Shown: piece by piece, positions 1 to 8,204 of the stretch | How the letters are laid out: each line of letters begins with the position of its first letter | How positions within the stretch are numbered: the first letter of the stretch is position 1 | IMG/VR virus record: IMGVR_UViG_3300038560_000015 | Span: 1-60,397 of that record | Strand: one strand, 5' to 3' | Source of the DNA: a virus | Lineage: Duplodnaviria; Caudoviricetes | DNA length: 60,397 bases | Made by a program: the position numbers and the translations under genes | The notes under the pieces: generated by a model | Seen by the model: only the letters and a program-made list of their open reading frames with translations | Database searches by the model: none | What the model was told of the DNA's origin: nothing

Positions 1-40
1 GTAGGCGGCGGCGTAGGCGGCGGCGTAGGCGGCGTAGGCG
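1..40. repeat. 40-nt terminal overlap identical to 60358-60397
   Basis: GTAGGCGGCGGCGTAGGCGGCGGCGTAGGCGGCGTAGGCG at both ends; lies in low-complexity DNA, so repeat length at the join is uncertain. Confidence 0.85.
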
Positions 41-210
41 GCGGCGTCGGCGGCGGCGGCGGCGGCGTCGGCGGCGGCGTCGGCGGCGGCGGCGGCGGCG
101 TCGGCGGCGGCGGCGTAGGCGGCGGCGTCGGCGTAGGCGTCGGCGGCGGCGTAGGCGTAGGCGTCGGCGGCGGCGGCGTAGGCGTCGGCGGCGGCGTAGG
201 CGTAGGCGTT
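1..210. repeat. Coding low-complexity tract of GCC/TAC/GAC codons (also 60256-60397)
   Basis: Irregular GGCGGCG/TAG/TCG units on the plus strand. Confidence 0.9.
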
Positions 211-720
211 CCGTTTTAGCTCAATGAAAAATTGTCGCGCTTCGCGCGGGGTTATTTGTTCGGGCGCTGCCTCGCAGCGCGCGGCGAGGTCGCTCCACTT
301 CGCTTTCCGACCCTCATCTTTGATGACGGCAGCGACCGCGCGGAAGGCCGTCGGGAAAGTCTTGCGGATGACAACGCCCAGGACGCGCTTGATGAACTCG
401 CTCTCGTCGAGAAATCCGGCAGAACCGAGCTGTGCAATGGCGAGACGACGAAGCCCTTTGGCGCGCGCCTGGTCGGATGACCAGGCGCTGTCGTTGAGCC
501 TGATTTTCAGCGAGCGCAGCGCGCGCGAAACGCAGTCCGGATTATCGCCGTGCGGCAATCCCATCGCGTAGCAGACCGCGGCTTCGACGCACATCTGACC
601 CGGCTTGGGATTGCCCATCCCGCTCGTCAAACCGGCGTCGACCACTTTAAGAACGCGCTTGGCGACCGCGCGGGTGATCTTGGTGACGGGTTTCTTGCTG
701 CGGTTCGGATGATTGATCAC
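1..720 (-). CDS. Hypothetical phage protein with Ala/Tyr/Asp repeat, 5' part (continues across the junction to 60133)
   Basis: GTG at 720 with GGAG RBS, overlapping the upstream stop; MINHPNRSKK...MCVEAAVCYAMGLPHGDNPDCV...LND...AYAYAAA; open to base 1; absent from the ORF track. Confidence 0.85.
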   Translation of the reverse strand, partial: MINHPNRSKKPVTKITRAVAKRVLKVVDAGLTSGMGNPKPGQMCVEAAVCYAMGLPHGDNPDCVSRALRSLKIRLNDSAWSSDQARAKGLRRLAIAQLGSAGFLDESEFIKRVLGVVIRKTFPTAFRAVAAVIKDEGRKAKWSDLAARCEAAPEQITPREARQFFIELKRNAYAYAAADAYAAAADAYAYAAADAYADAAAYAAAADAAAAAADAAADAAAAAADAAAYAAYAAAYAAAY

Positions 721-1004
721 GACGATTGCTCCGCCCCTGAAAACCGCCGAGGCGCGCGGTGAAAGAGTGCTGCGGCAAGACGAGTGCCGGCGATGCTCAA
801 GCTGACGAACGGGCCGCGCAGCGCAAAGTCGTCGCCCATGGCTTGGCGATACCAGACCTCGATCAGGCCGCGCCGAGACAGCGAAGGCGTGAATTCGCGC
901 TGCCAGTCGCGCTCAAGTGAGACGGGGCGAACCGCGGCGCCGCGAGCAAATAACGAGCGCAGGATGACGATCTGAGATCGGCCAAGGAGGGAGCGTTCGC
1001 TCAT
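717..1004 (-). CDS. Hypothetical protein
   Basis: 95-aa ORF whose stop overlaps the next start, in the cro operon. Confidence 0.6.
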   Translation of the reverse strand: MSERSLLGRSQIVILRSLFARGAAVRPVSLERDWQREFTPSLSRRGLIEVWYRQAMGDDFALRGPFVSLSIAGTRLAAALFHRAPRRFSGAEQSS

Positions 1005-1022
1005 GCGGCGCTCCGGAAAAGT

Positions 1023-1406
1023 TCAATCGAGCGGCCGCAGCATTTCCTCATCGGCGGCCAAGAGAACGCAGGCCGGCACGTCGAGCTCGCCGCGCAAGAT
1101 GCGCCGGCCGGTGCGCGGGTCGCACTTGGCGATGGTCGCGATAGCGACGTCGGGCTTATCCCAAAGGATTTTGGCAACCTCGCCGAATTTGCGCCGCACG
1201 ATCTTGGGAGTGCCGGTTGGAGCAGTGTGACGGACAGAAATGTCCTTATTTGCTGGCTCGGCGCCATCTGTCGGGACAGAACTGTCCGCGATCGGCGGCG
1301 AGCGCATCTCACGTTGGACATTTTCGTCCGCGAGCGGGCGGGAACGTCCGTCGATTTTTGCTGCAGGGAACTCGTTCGACGGTAGTGATTCGACAGGGGC
1401 TGACAT
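1023..1406 (-). CDS. Putative HTH-like regulator at the cII position
   Basis: DVAIATIAKCDPRTGRRILRGE is HTH-like; downstream of cro. Confidence 0.5.
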   Translation of the reverse strand: MSAPVESLPSNEFPAAKIDGRSRPLADENVQREMRSPPIADSSVPTDGAEPANKDISVRHTAPTGTPKIVRRKFGEVAKILWDKPDVAIATIAKCDPRTGRRILRGELDVPACVLLAADEEMLRPLD

Positions 1407-1624
1407 GACGAAACTCCACCAACACACAGAACTGCAGCGAAGCGCGCGCGAGCCTGGAGGGTACAGCGTCGAAAGGCTCGCGCGCGCCGGTTCGTCGCCT
1501 GACGAACGACCGAATTCTTTTGCCCCAGCGAACTCGCGTTAACCGCACCCGCAGATGCGTCACAACCCTGACACGCTCCCTGGTAGGATTTTTTCGCGCA
1601 TAAGACGCAAGAGGGAGCAAAACC

Positions 1625-1882
1625 ATGTCGGAATTCGAGAATTCGAGGTTGATCGAGCTTGGCCCGATTACCGATTTCTATGTCGACGGTCTCGGCAAGA
1701 TGGAGCTGCTCGGCGAGAACGTGCGTATGATCTATTTCCGCTGGCGCTTTTTCGACGGATGCTGGCAAAAGATCGCAGTGGAATTTGCGAGAGTTTGCCC
1801 GATCACGAGCTTGATGATGCCAATCGAGCGCTATCCCGCCGTGGCGATCGCAAGGCCGGAGCCGGCGAATTTGCACAGCTAG
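1625..1882 (+). CDS. Hypothetical protein
   Basis: GGGAG RBS; 85-aa ORF convergent with cro. Confidence 0.6.
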   Translation: MSEFENSRLIELGPITDFYVDGLGKMELLGENVRMIYFRWRFFDGCWQKIAVEFARVCPITSLMMPIERYPAVAIARPEPANLHS

Positions 1883-1884
1883 GC

Positions 1885-2145
1885 TCATTCGGCGGCCTCC
1901 GCTGGCGCGGCTTCAGTCTTTCCCATCAGCCGCGCCAGATCGGGCCGCAACACGGCCTGTGGAATTCCGGTTTTTTCAGAGACGAGCGGCAGTCTGTCGT
2001 TGTCGACGCGCCGCTTGCCGGATTCCCAGCGCGCCCAGGTTTCGCGTGCGACGCCGACCAGCGCCGCCGCGTCTTGCTGCGACAGGTGCGGCTCGTGGGC
2101 TTCGCGAAATGCCTTAAGGGCGGGAATCGCTTCCATGATTCGCAT
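1885..2145 (-). CDS. Cro-like XRE-family HTH regulator
   Basis: LSQQDAAALVGVARETWARWESGKR; divergent from repressor. Confidence 0.85.
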   Translation of the reverse strand: MRIMEAIPALKAFREAHEPHLSQQDAAALVGVARETWARWESGKRRVDNDRLPLVSEKTGIPQAVLRPDLARLMGKTEAAPAEAAE

Positions 2146-2146
2146 G

Positions 2147-2199
2147 TGTAACCTATTTGGTCACAGCACTCAATATGGGATGTGACCATGCCGGTCATC
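2147..2199. promoter_or_regulatory. Two operators between cro and cI, consensus TGTGACC-N5-GGTCACA
   Basis: TGTAACCtatttGGTCACA 2147-2165; TGTGACCatgccGGTCATC 2181-2199. Confidence 0.75.
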
Positions 2200-2222
2200 A
2201 GACTGTGGAAGGACGCACCCCT

Positions 2223-2552
2223 ATGCTTCTCGCCATGGGCATCCGTCCCCGAAAGCCCCCGCGCGGGCACCTGTTCCTCAAGGAACATCGCAACGCCAAG
2301 AAGATTTCGGCCACCAAAATGGCTGAGATGCTTGGCATCGAGCGGGAGAGCGTCTATCGCCTTGAGCGGCAGCCCTGGCGCGTTAATTCCGCCAAGCAGG
2401 CAGATTGGGCCCAGGCCTTGGGGATCGAGCCAGAAGAGCTCTGGCGCCCTCCTGGGGCCGTTTCCTTGGACGCCCTGGTCCGGACGGCACCGGATGACGT
2501 CAAAGCCATGGCGGCCGATATCGTACAGCGTATCGTTAAGGGTGAGCGATAA
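2223..2552 (+). CDS. CI-like XRE-family repressor without peptidase domain (start 2223 or 2235)
   Basis: LFLKEHRNAKKISATKMAEMLGIERESVYRLE HTH; divergent from cro. Confidence 0.8.
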   Translation: MLLAMGIRPRKPPRGHLFLKEHRNAKKISATKMAEMLGIERESVYRLERQPWRVNSAKQADWAQALGIEPEELWRPPGAVSLDALVRTAPDDVKAMAADIVQRIVKGER

Positions 2553-2582
2553 AATATAAGTATTATCAATACGTTATAGGGG

Positions 2583-2993
2583 ATGGCAATGCGCACCACA
2601 ATTAGCCTCATTTTGGCGGCGGCACTAGCAGGATGCGCGGCCTCCGGCGTCAAGGTCTCCGAGCAGCAGGCAGAATCCTTCAAGGTCGGATCGTCGACCT
2701 ATGCCGACGTCACGGCCGCGTTGGGCGCGCCGACCACGGCGAATGTGATGCCCGACGGCACCCGGATGGCGATCTACAGCTATACCGCCATAAGGTCGCA
2801 AGCGCAGAATTTTATTCCCTATATCGGGCCATTGGTAGCAGGATATGATACGCAAATGTCGGCTGTTACCTTCAATTTCGACCGAAACGGTGTCCTGACA
2901 GGCACATCATCGAGCCAAACCGGCGTTGGAACCGGGGCCAACCTTGCAGCCGGCACCAGCGCCGCGACCCAGCCCTATCAAGCCCCGCGCTAA
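2583..2993 (+). CDS. Lipoprotein, BamE/SmpA-like
   Basis: Lipobox LAGC; FKVGSSTYADVTAALGAP...FNFDRNGVL pattern. Confidence 0.75.
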   Translation: MAMRTTISLILAAALAGCAASGVKVSEQQAESFKVGSSTYADVTAALGAPTTANVMPDGTRMAIYSYTAIRSQAQNFIPYIGPLVAGYDTQMSAVTFNFDRNGVLTGTSSSQTGVGTGANLAAGTSAATQPYQAPR

Positions 2994-3038
2994 AGCGGTC
3001 CACCGCATATCCCCTTGAGTTGCAACGCAGCTTCGGCT

Positions 3039-3102
3039 TGTGACCAATTCAGTCACATTGACGTGACTGCCGTATTGACTTTGTGACCGCTTCGGTTACA
3101 TT
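3039..3102 (+). promoter_or_regulatory. Early promoter with two operators
   Basis: Operators TGTGACCaattcAGTCACA 3039-3057 and TGTGACCgcttcGGTTACA 3082-3100; TTGACT 3075-3080, 16-bp spacer, TACATT 3097-3102. Confidence 0.75.
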
Positions 3103-3126
3103 CTCCCCCATCGGGGAAAGACCTCC

Positions 3127-3438
3127 ATGGCCCACGCCAACGCCGTCGAAGAAACCGTCGCCATCCTCCGCGACCATCCCTTCCCGACGCGCGCGCCGCT
3201 GCCCGCGCCAATCCCGTTGCCGGAACTCAATACCCGCGCCGATTTCGATCTCGCCTACGCCTGCGCCCATTGTGACGCGCTAGAAATCGAGACGCTTGAG
3301 CGCGAACACGCCCGCGCCTGGCGCCGGCGCCGGCAGCACGACTGCGCCGCGATCTATAAGCGGATCAAACAACTCAAAGGCCAAGCCTATGCGGTGCGCA
3401 CCCGCGTATTCGCCGACGGCTGGTTTACGACGTGGTGA
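3127..3438 (+). CDS. Hypothetical protein
   Basis: First ORF after the promoter. Confidence 0.6.
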   Translation: MAHANAVEETVAILRDHPFPTRAPLPAPIPLPELNTRADFDLAYACAHCDALEIETLEREHARAWRRRRQHDCAAIYKRIKQLKGQAYAVRTRVFADGWFTTW

Positions 3439-3633
3439 CGATCATGACCCGGCTCGCGCGCCTCTGGCGCAACATCAAACGCATTTTCGTCGATCCGCAT
3501 TCGAACGAACGGGAATGGTGATTGCCATGGGCCACACTGCTGTCGCGCTCTCGCTGATCGTCGGCGTTGCTATCGCCCTCGTCGCGGTTTCGCCCTACAT
3601 CGCCGGCACCGTGCTGATCATCGGGTGGCCGTC

Positions 3634-3825
3634 ATGAGTGTGGGCCTTGCAGACCGGAGGTTGATCGAAGAGTTCGTTTTGGAGGAACTCGACGCCCTTG
3701 AAAATGCCGGCGACGAATTCGCCTGCCTTGACGACAACGATTGCGACAGCCCCAGCGGTCATCTGTTCAAGACGTCGTGCGGTGAGACGAAGTGCCGATA
3801 TTGCGGCTTGGTGGTATGGTCATGA
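3634..3825 (+). CDS. Small Cys-rich hypothetical protein
   Basis: ATGA coupling; CRYC motif. Confidence 0.5.
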   Translation: MSVGLADRRLIEEFVLEELDALENAGDEFACLDDNDCDSPSGHLFKTSCGETKCRYCGLVVWS

Positions 3826-4106
3826 GCGACGGCTCGGGCATTCCTCTCGATCGCGATGCCGTCGCCATGTTGGCCAAGGAGCTACTTGAAGACGTCCGCG
3901 ATCACTACCTTCGCCGTCCGACCTCCCGCGCCACAGCTCAAGAGGTCTTGAACGCGCTGGCCATCAATGTCGCCATGATCGTGGCCGCGGCCCGCGCGTG
4001 CGGCGATGAAGATGGCGCCCGCCAGTTTTTTGACGACGCGCTCGAAGCGCAGCTCGACGAGGCCAACCCAACGACGCTCGGCGAGCTTGAGCGAGTTGTG
4101 CGATGA
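3822..4106 (+). CDS. Hypothetical protein
   Basis: ATGA overlaps at both ends. Confidence 0.6.
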   Translation: MSDGSGIPLDRDAVAMLAKELLEDVRDHYLRRPTSRATAQEVLNALAINVAMIVAAARACGDEDGARQFFDDALEAQLDEANPTTLGELERVVR

Positions 4107-4564
4107 TTATATTTCCTCAGCGCATCGTGCCGATCGAGCGTCCCGGAACGCTGCTCAAGCGCGCCTTTGCGCTTCGCGACGCGATGAAGTCCGAAGGCCC
4201 GGAGCGCGGCGAAGCCTATCTCGACCATATCCGCGCCTGCCCGTGCCTGCACTGCGGCCAGGATCCGTGCGGCGAAGCTTCTCACCTAAGATCAGCGAGC
4301 GGTGCGCACGGCAAAGCCAGCGGCACCGGCAAGCGCCCTGACGATCGCTGGGCGTTGCCAGTTTGCCCCGAACACCATCGCCTAGCGCAGCGCGCGCAGC
4401 ATCAGATCGGCGAGCGGGCGTTCTGGTCTGACTTGGGCATCGATCCTTTTTTGACCTGCCAGCGCCTATGGGCGCAGCGAAACGACCTTGTTGCCATGCG
4501 TGCGGTTGTGTTTGCCGTGATCGGCGAACGTCATCAACGGAGCGCGCCATGGCTCACCACCTGA
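4103..4564 (+). CDS. DUF968/HNH-like zinc-binding nuclease-family protein
   Basis: YLDHIRACPCLHCG...EASH...PDDRWALPVCPEHH...QHQIGERAFW. Confidence 0.75.
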   Translation: MIIFPQRIVPIERPGTLLKRAFALRDAMKSEGPERGEAYLDHIRACPCLHCGQDPCGEASHLRSASGAHGKASGTGKRPDDRWALPVCPEHHRLAQRAQHQIGERAFWSDLGIDPFLTCQRLWAQRNDLVAMRAVVFAVIGERHQRSAPWLTT

Positions 4565-4756
4565 TCGAGTTTTTGATCTTCTGCTGCGGCGTCTCGGTCG
4601 GTTTCCCGATCGGCGGTTTCTTCGCCGGCTGCAAGGATCAATGCAATTGCGGCGCATCATCGTTCCAGGCGCCACAATGCGGCGAGCCCTCGGGGAAACG
4701 CGAAACGGCAGAGGGCTCGCCGCTTCCTTATCTGGTCAAATGAGGGGGAAGATTTC

Positions 4757-4963
4757 ATGAACGCCACACGGGAGCAGATACTGGCGGCGGTCAATGCCGC
4801 GCCGAGAGGCGCCACCACCGCGCAGCTCGCCCATCGGCTCGGCGCCGCGAAGTACAACGTCGGCAGCATATTATCGAAGCTCGCCGCCTACGGCCACATC
4901 CGCAAGCTCGATCCGCCGCCGGGCAATGTCGGCTTTATCTGGTCGCCGAAGGCGCCGGCATGA
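4757..4963 (+). CDS. Small winged-helix protein
   Basis: ATTAQLAHRLG...VGSILSKLAAYGHI; GAGGGG RBS. Confidence 0.6.
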   Translation: MNATREQILAAVNAAPRGATTAQLAHRLGAAKYNVGSILSKLAAYGHIRKLDPPPGNVGFIWSPKAPA

Positions 4964-5178
4964 GCGCGGCCCGGCACCATTGGCGCATGAGCGCGCGAGG
5001 CGACGCCGACGGCAAGTGCCTGTTCTTCGGCTGTCCGTGCGGGTTTTCGGTGCTGCAGGCATCCGGCGCCGAGGCGTTTCACGAGCCCTTCATCCGCGCC
5101 GTCAACGATCATCTGCGCCAGATCGCGCTTGAGAATACCGAACGACCCGGCGCGCACCTGAAACTCGCGAGAGGATGA
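4960..5178 (+). CDS. Hypothetical protein
   Basis: ATGA-coupled ORF. Confidence 0.5.
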   Translation: MSAARHHWRMSARGDADGKCLFFGCPCGFSVLQASGAEAFHEPFIRAVNDHLRQIALENTERPGAHLKLARG

Positions 5179-5447
5179 AATTGTCTGTTCTGTTGCGTTT
5201 GCGTCAGCAAATAATCCAGTCGGCAGGATGCCGGCGCAGCAATGAGATCAGCGTGGAGTTACAGTTCCATATCAGAGAGATTTGCCCGGTGTGCCATAAG
5301 CCAAGCGTGCGGCTGGCGACCATCGAGCCACACCCGACGCGGGATGACATCGCGCTGCATAACTTCAATTGCCTCGACTGCGGGCCCGTTAGGACGAGGG
5401 AACTCTCGTTGCGACCGAGGGCCGCGGTAATGGAGAGCGCCGCTTGA
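5175..5447 (+). CDS. Zinc-ribbon hypothetical protein (start may be GTG near 5253)
   Basis: CPVC...CLDCG. Confidence 0.55.
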   Translation: MKLSVLLRLRQQIIQSAGCRRSNEISVELQFHIREICPVCHKPSVRLATIEPHPTRDDIALHNFNCLDCGPVRTRELSLRPRAAVMESAA

Positions 5448-5647
5448 GCGAGCCTGCGCAAATTTACGCACCCGATCGCGACGTTCTTGATCGTCTCGGC
5501 GAAGCGCTGCGGCGCTATCGGCACGGGCTGATGCGGCCGTTGTGGGCGGACATGACCGAAGCCGATCGGGAAGGCTGGCGCAATCTCGCCGCGACCTTCG
5601 TCATGGACTTGAAGAACGTCGGCATTCGCATCGAGGTCGAGCGGTGA
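5444..5647 (+). CDS. Hypothetical protein
   Basis: Overlaps both neighbours by 4 nt. Confidence 0.55.
   Translation: MSEPAQIYAPDRDVLDRLGEALRRYRHGLMRPLWADMTEADREGWRNLAATFVMDLKNVGIRIEVER
5455..5470. repeat. Dispersed 16-bp palindrome, copy with one mismatch
   Basis: TGCGCAAATTTACGCA versus consensus TGCGCAAATTTGCGCA. Confidence 0.7.
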
Positions 5648-6048
5648 CCGTCGCCGTCTATACCATTGCCGAGGCGGCTGCGGTGCTCCGCAAAACCCCT
5701 CGATGGCTTGTCAACTGGCTGCGGGATAACCCGGTCGACGCGACCGGAACGCCGTTCTACACTCCGGCCGGCCGCACCAAGACATTCGACGATAGCGAGC
5801 TGTTCCGGATCCGTGTGGCGATGCGTGAGGCAGAGCAATGCCGCTTAAGATCATCACGTCCCGCAACAAGAAAACGAAAAACCTCTATATCCGCGGCTCG
5901 TACCTCGGAGTCCGAGTGGACCAAAGCTGCAAGACTGGCAAACGATCCGTCGCTGGCGGAATTCTCAAGCGGCTCGAAGCCAGCATCGAAAGAGGCGAGT
6001 ACCCACCGCGTGAAGCTGGAACTCGTAGCGACGAACCGACATTCTTGA
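5644..6048 (+). CDS. Excisionase-like HTH protein overlapping the int start
   Basis: YTIAEAAAVLRKTPRWL...KTFDDSEL; immediately upstream of int. Confidence 0.65.
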   Translation: MTVAVYTIAEAAAVLRKTPRWLVNWLRDNPVDATGTPFYTPAGRTKTFDDSELFRIRVAMREAEQCRLRSSRPATRKRKTSISAARTSESEWTKAARLANDPSLAEFSSGSKPASKEASTHRVKLELVATNRHS

Positions 6049-6881
6049 CCGCGGCAAACGCCTACATGGAAGCCGGAAGGCCGGCGCGCTACGTCGCGCC
6101 GCTGATCAAACATTTTGGCGAGACGCCAATCGCCGCGATCGATCAGGCCGCGATCGATGCCGCAGCCGTCGCCTTAGTGCCGAACGGCACGCCGATGAAC
6201 CGGACGCGGCTGGTCTACACGCCCGTCTCGGCGATCATGCACCACGCCGGCGACAAGCGGCCGATCAAGCGGCCGAAGGGTTTCCAGGGCCGCACGATCA
6301 CCGACTGGATCGTGCCGGAGGACGCGTTCGGCATCATAGCCGGCGCCGACACGTTCGATCCCGAATTCGGCACGCTCCTGTGCTTCCTACTCTACACTGG
6401 GCCGCGGATCAGCGCCGCGCTCAGCCAGCAGCGCGAGGATTTCAGGCTCGATGACGGCCGTGCGTGGGCGCGCAACCAAAAGGGCCAGCCGCACATGGAC
6501 ATCCGCTTACGCGCCGACCTCTGTGATCGCTTTAGAGCGCTGCTGGCGAGCCATGACCGCCATCGCGTGTTTCGGTGGCACTACGGCGCGCACCTCGCCC
6601 ACTTGCTCACGCGCGCCAAGCTGGCCTATCTGGGCATTGAGTGTCCCGTGCGCCGGCCGATCGGATGGCGGCAGCCGCCCAACCGTCTTAAGTGGGTGAC
6701 TTTCCACATCTGGCGCCATACTTGGGCGACTTGGATGCGGCATACAGGTGTTGACGTGAAGGGTCTCGTCGCCACCGGAAACTGGCGCTCGGAGAAAGCG
6801 GCATCACGCTACGCCCATGCCGTGGCGCGCCAGGAGTGGGATCACGTCGAGAAGCTGCCGGGGATGAAGGTGAAGGCATGA
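5838..6881 (+). CDS. int: Tyrosine integrase
   Basis: Catalytic set: GPRISAAL (R), KG, HIWRHTWATW (HxxR), GNW, RYAH (Y). Confidence 0.92.
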   Translation: MPLKIITSRNKKTKNLYIRGSYLGVRVDQSCKTGKRSVAGGILKRLEASIERGEYPPREAGTRSDEPTFLTAANAYMEAGRPARYVAPLIKHFGETPIAAIDQAAIDAAAVALVPNGTPMNRTRLVYTPVSAIMHHAGDKRPIKRPKGFQGRTITDWIVPEDAFGIIAGADTFDPEFGTLLCFLLYTGPRISAALSQQREDFRLDDGRAWARNQKGQPHMDIRLRADLCDRFRALLASHDRHRVFRWHYGAHLAHLLTRAKLAYLGIECPVRRPIGWRQPPNRLKWVTFHIWRHTWATWMRHTGVDVKGLVATGNWRSEKAASRYAHAVARQEWDHVEKLPGMKVKA

Positions 6882-7160
6882 GCGATCTGCTGAACGGGGA
6901 TTTTCTCGGGCCGGTCATCGACCGCCTTTGGCCGCGCACCTTTGGCCTCTCGCCTTGGCGAAAACGTATCGCTGTTGCGCTGCTTGATCCGATTGAGCTG
7001 CAGGCTTCTGCGGAGGCCTTGATTAGTTTTTGCCGCGCTATTGGACCATTGATGGGTCCGATGGGGAAACATAGGGGAATTGAATGATGCCGTCCGCCAG
7101 CTCAATTGCCGTGGCGCGCCAGGAGTGGGACAACGTCGAGAAGCTGCCGGGGATGAAGGT
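6818..7160 (+). repeat. 54-bp direct repeat of the int 3' end (6818-6871 and 7107-7160)
   Basis: 52 of 54 bases identical. Confidence 0.92.
6878..7087 (+). CDS. Hypothetical 69-aa cassette protein
   Basis: ATG overlaps the int stop; ends GKHRGIE. Confidence 0.55.
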   Translation: MSDLLNGDFLGPVIDRLWPRTFGLSPWRKRIAVALLDPIELQASAEALISFCRAIGPLMGPMGKHRGIE

Positions 7161-7264
7161 CGCGAAATGATTGAGACGTCAGAGATCGAAAACGCCGCCG
7201 CCGTTCTCGCCTTTTCCCGGTTCAAAATCCCGATCGACGAAGCGCGAAAGCTTGTATCTGAAAT

Positions 7265-8113
7265 CATGCTTATCCGGTTGACGCATACAGGTCGAAAATG
7301 ACACCACATCTAGTGTTCCCTTCATGGTCTACCTGTAGAGTTGAGCGCGAGTTCCAGCGTCTCGACCGGCCGGGCGCGCGCGGGCCGGTCAACGAAAAGG
7401 TCGGGGCGCGCCAGCGCGTCACTGATGCGTCGGCGCGCCAAATCGAACCACTTTTGGTCGATCTCAATTCCAGTGAACCGGCGGCCCGCCTGAACGGCGG
7501 CAACCCCGGTCGTGCCCGAACCACAGAACGGGTCGAGGATGGTTTCACCGGGTTCCGAAAACGCCGCGACCCACTGGCCTACCAAGCCGAGCGGCTTTTG
7601 CGTGGGGTGTTCGCCCTGTTCGATAGGGCAATGCCAAACGGCATGGTGACCGCCGTTATTCCATCGCTTTTTGCCCTCGCGATGCAAAATAGCGATGGCT
7701 TCCCAGCCTGTTCCGGGGCGATCCACAGTAAACTGCGGCGCGCCGTTCGGCTTAATCCACACGCCAAGGCGCACCAGGGGCACGCCAGCGGCCTCAAGGC
7801 TCGCGGCGTGCCGCCACTCGCACGTCATGACGACCCAGCGATTGGCGGCCTCTACAAAGGCACGGCAGAGCCCCGCCAAATCTTCGCTTGTGATGCTCGG
7901 AAAGTCGATTGTCGTCCGGTCGAGCGAGTTTGCGGAGCGCGCGCCAGCATGAGTCACGTCGCCATAAGGCGGGTCCGTCATGATGACATCCGCGCGCGGG
8001 AGCGTAGGCAGAATCTCGCGGCAATCCCCCATATATATAGTGATGCCTTCCGCCAAAGTTTCCGTGCGCGTCGTCAACATCTAGTACCTGTATGCGTCAA
8101 CCGGATAAGCATG
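7265..8113. mobile_element. Non-autonomous insertion cassette (probably IS1595-family-derived) carrying a DNA methyltransferase
   Basis: Perfect 28-bp TIRs CATGCTTATCCGGTTGACGCATACAGGT (7265-7292, 8086-8113); 8-bp TSD TCTGAAAT (7257-7264, 8114-8121); no transposase; family assignment is inference. Confidence 0.9.
7322..8080 (-). CDS. N6A/N4C DNA methyltransferase, beta class
   Basis: GDC, TDPPY, HPTQKP, ILDPFCGSGTT, GIEID. Confidence 0.93.
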   Translation of the reverse strand: MLTTRTETLAEGITIYMGDCREILPTLPRADVIMTDPPYGDVTHAGARSANSLDRTTIDFPSITSEDLAGLCRAFVEAANRWVVMTCEWRHAASLEAAGVPLVRLGVWIKPNGAPQFTVDRPGTGWEAIAILHREGKKRWNNGGHHAVWHCPIEQGEHPTQKPLGLVGQWVAAFSEPGETILDPFCGSGTTGVAAVQAGRRFTGIEIDQKWFDLARRRISDALARPDLFVDRPARARPVETLELALNSTGRP

Positions 8114-8204
8114 TCTGAAATGATCAACATCGTCGACACGATGCGCGGCTACGCTCGCCAGAATCGCGATATCAATGGCGTCCCGCTGTGATGAAGGTGA
8201 GGGC

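Larger units (their letters stand above)
7167..8191 (+). pseudogene. 55-aa gene interrupted by the TIR element
   Basis: Removing 7265-8121 restores MIETSEIE...KLVSE-MINIVDT...NGVPL*. Confidence 0.75.

Noticed and set aside
1-210. Terminal GC-rich repeats as CRISPR array or telomere
   Set aside because: No constant repeat with unique spacers and no cas genes; the tract is in-frame coding sequence
7265-8113. Integrase-driven invertible switch
   Set aside because: The 8-bp direct duplication outside the inverted repeats and the interrupted ORF fit transposition better
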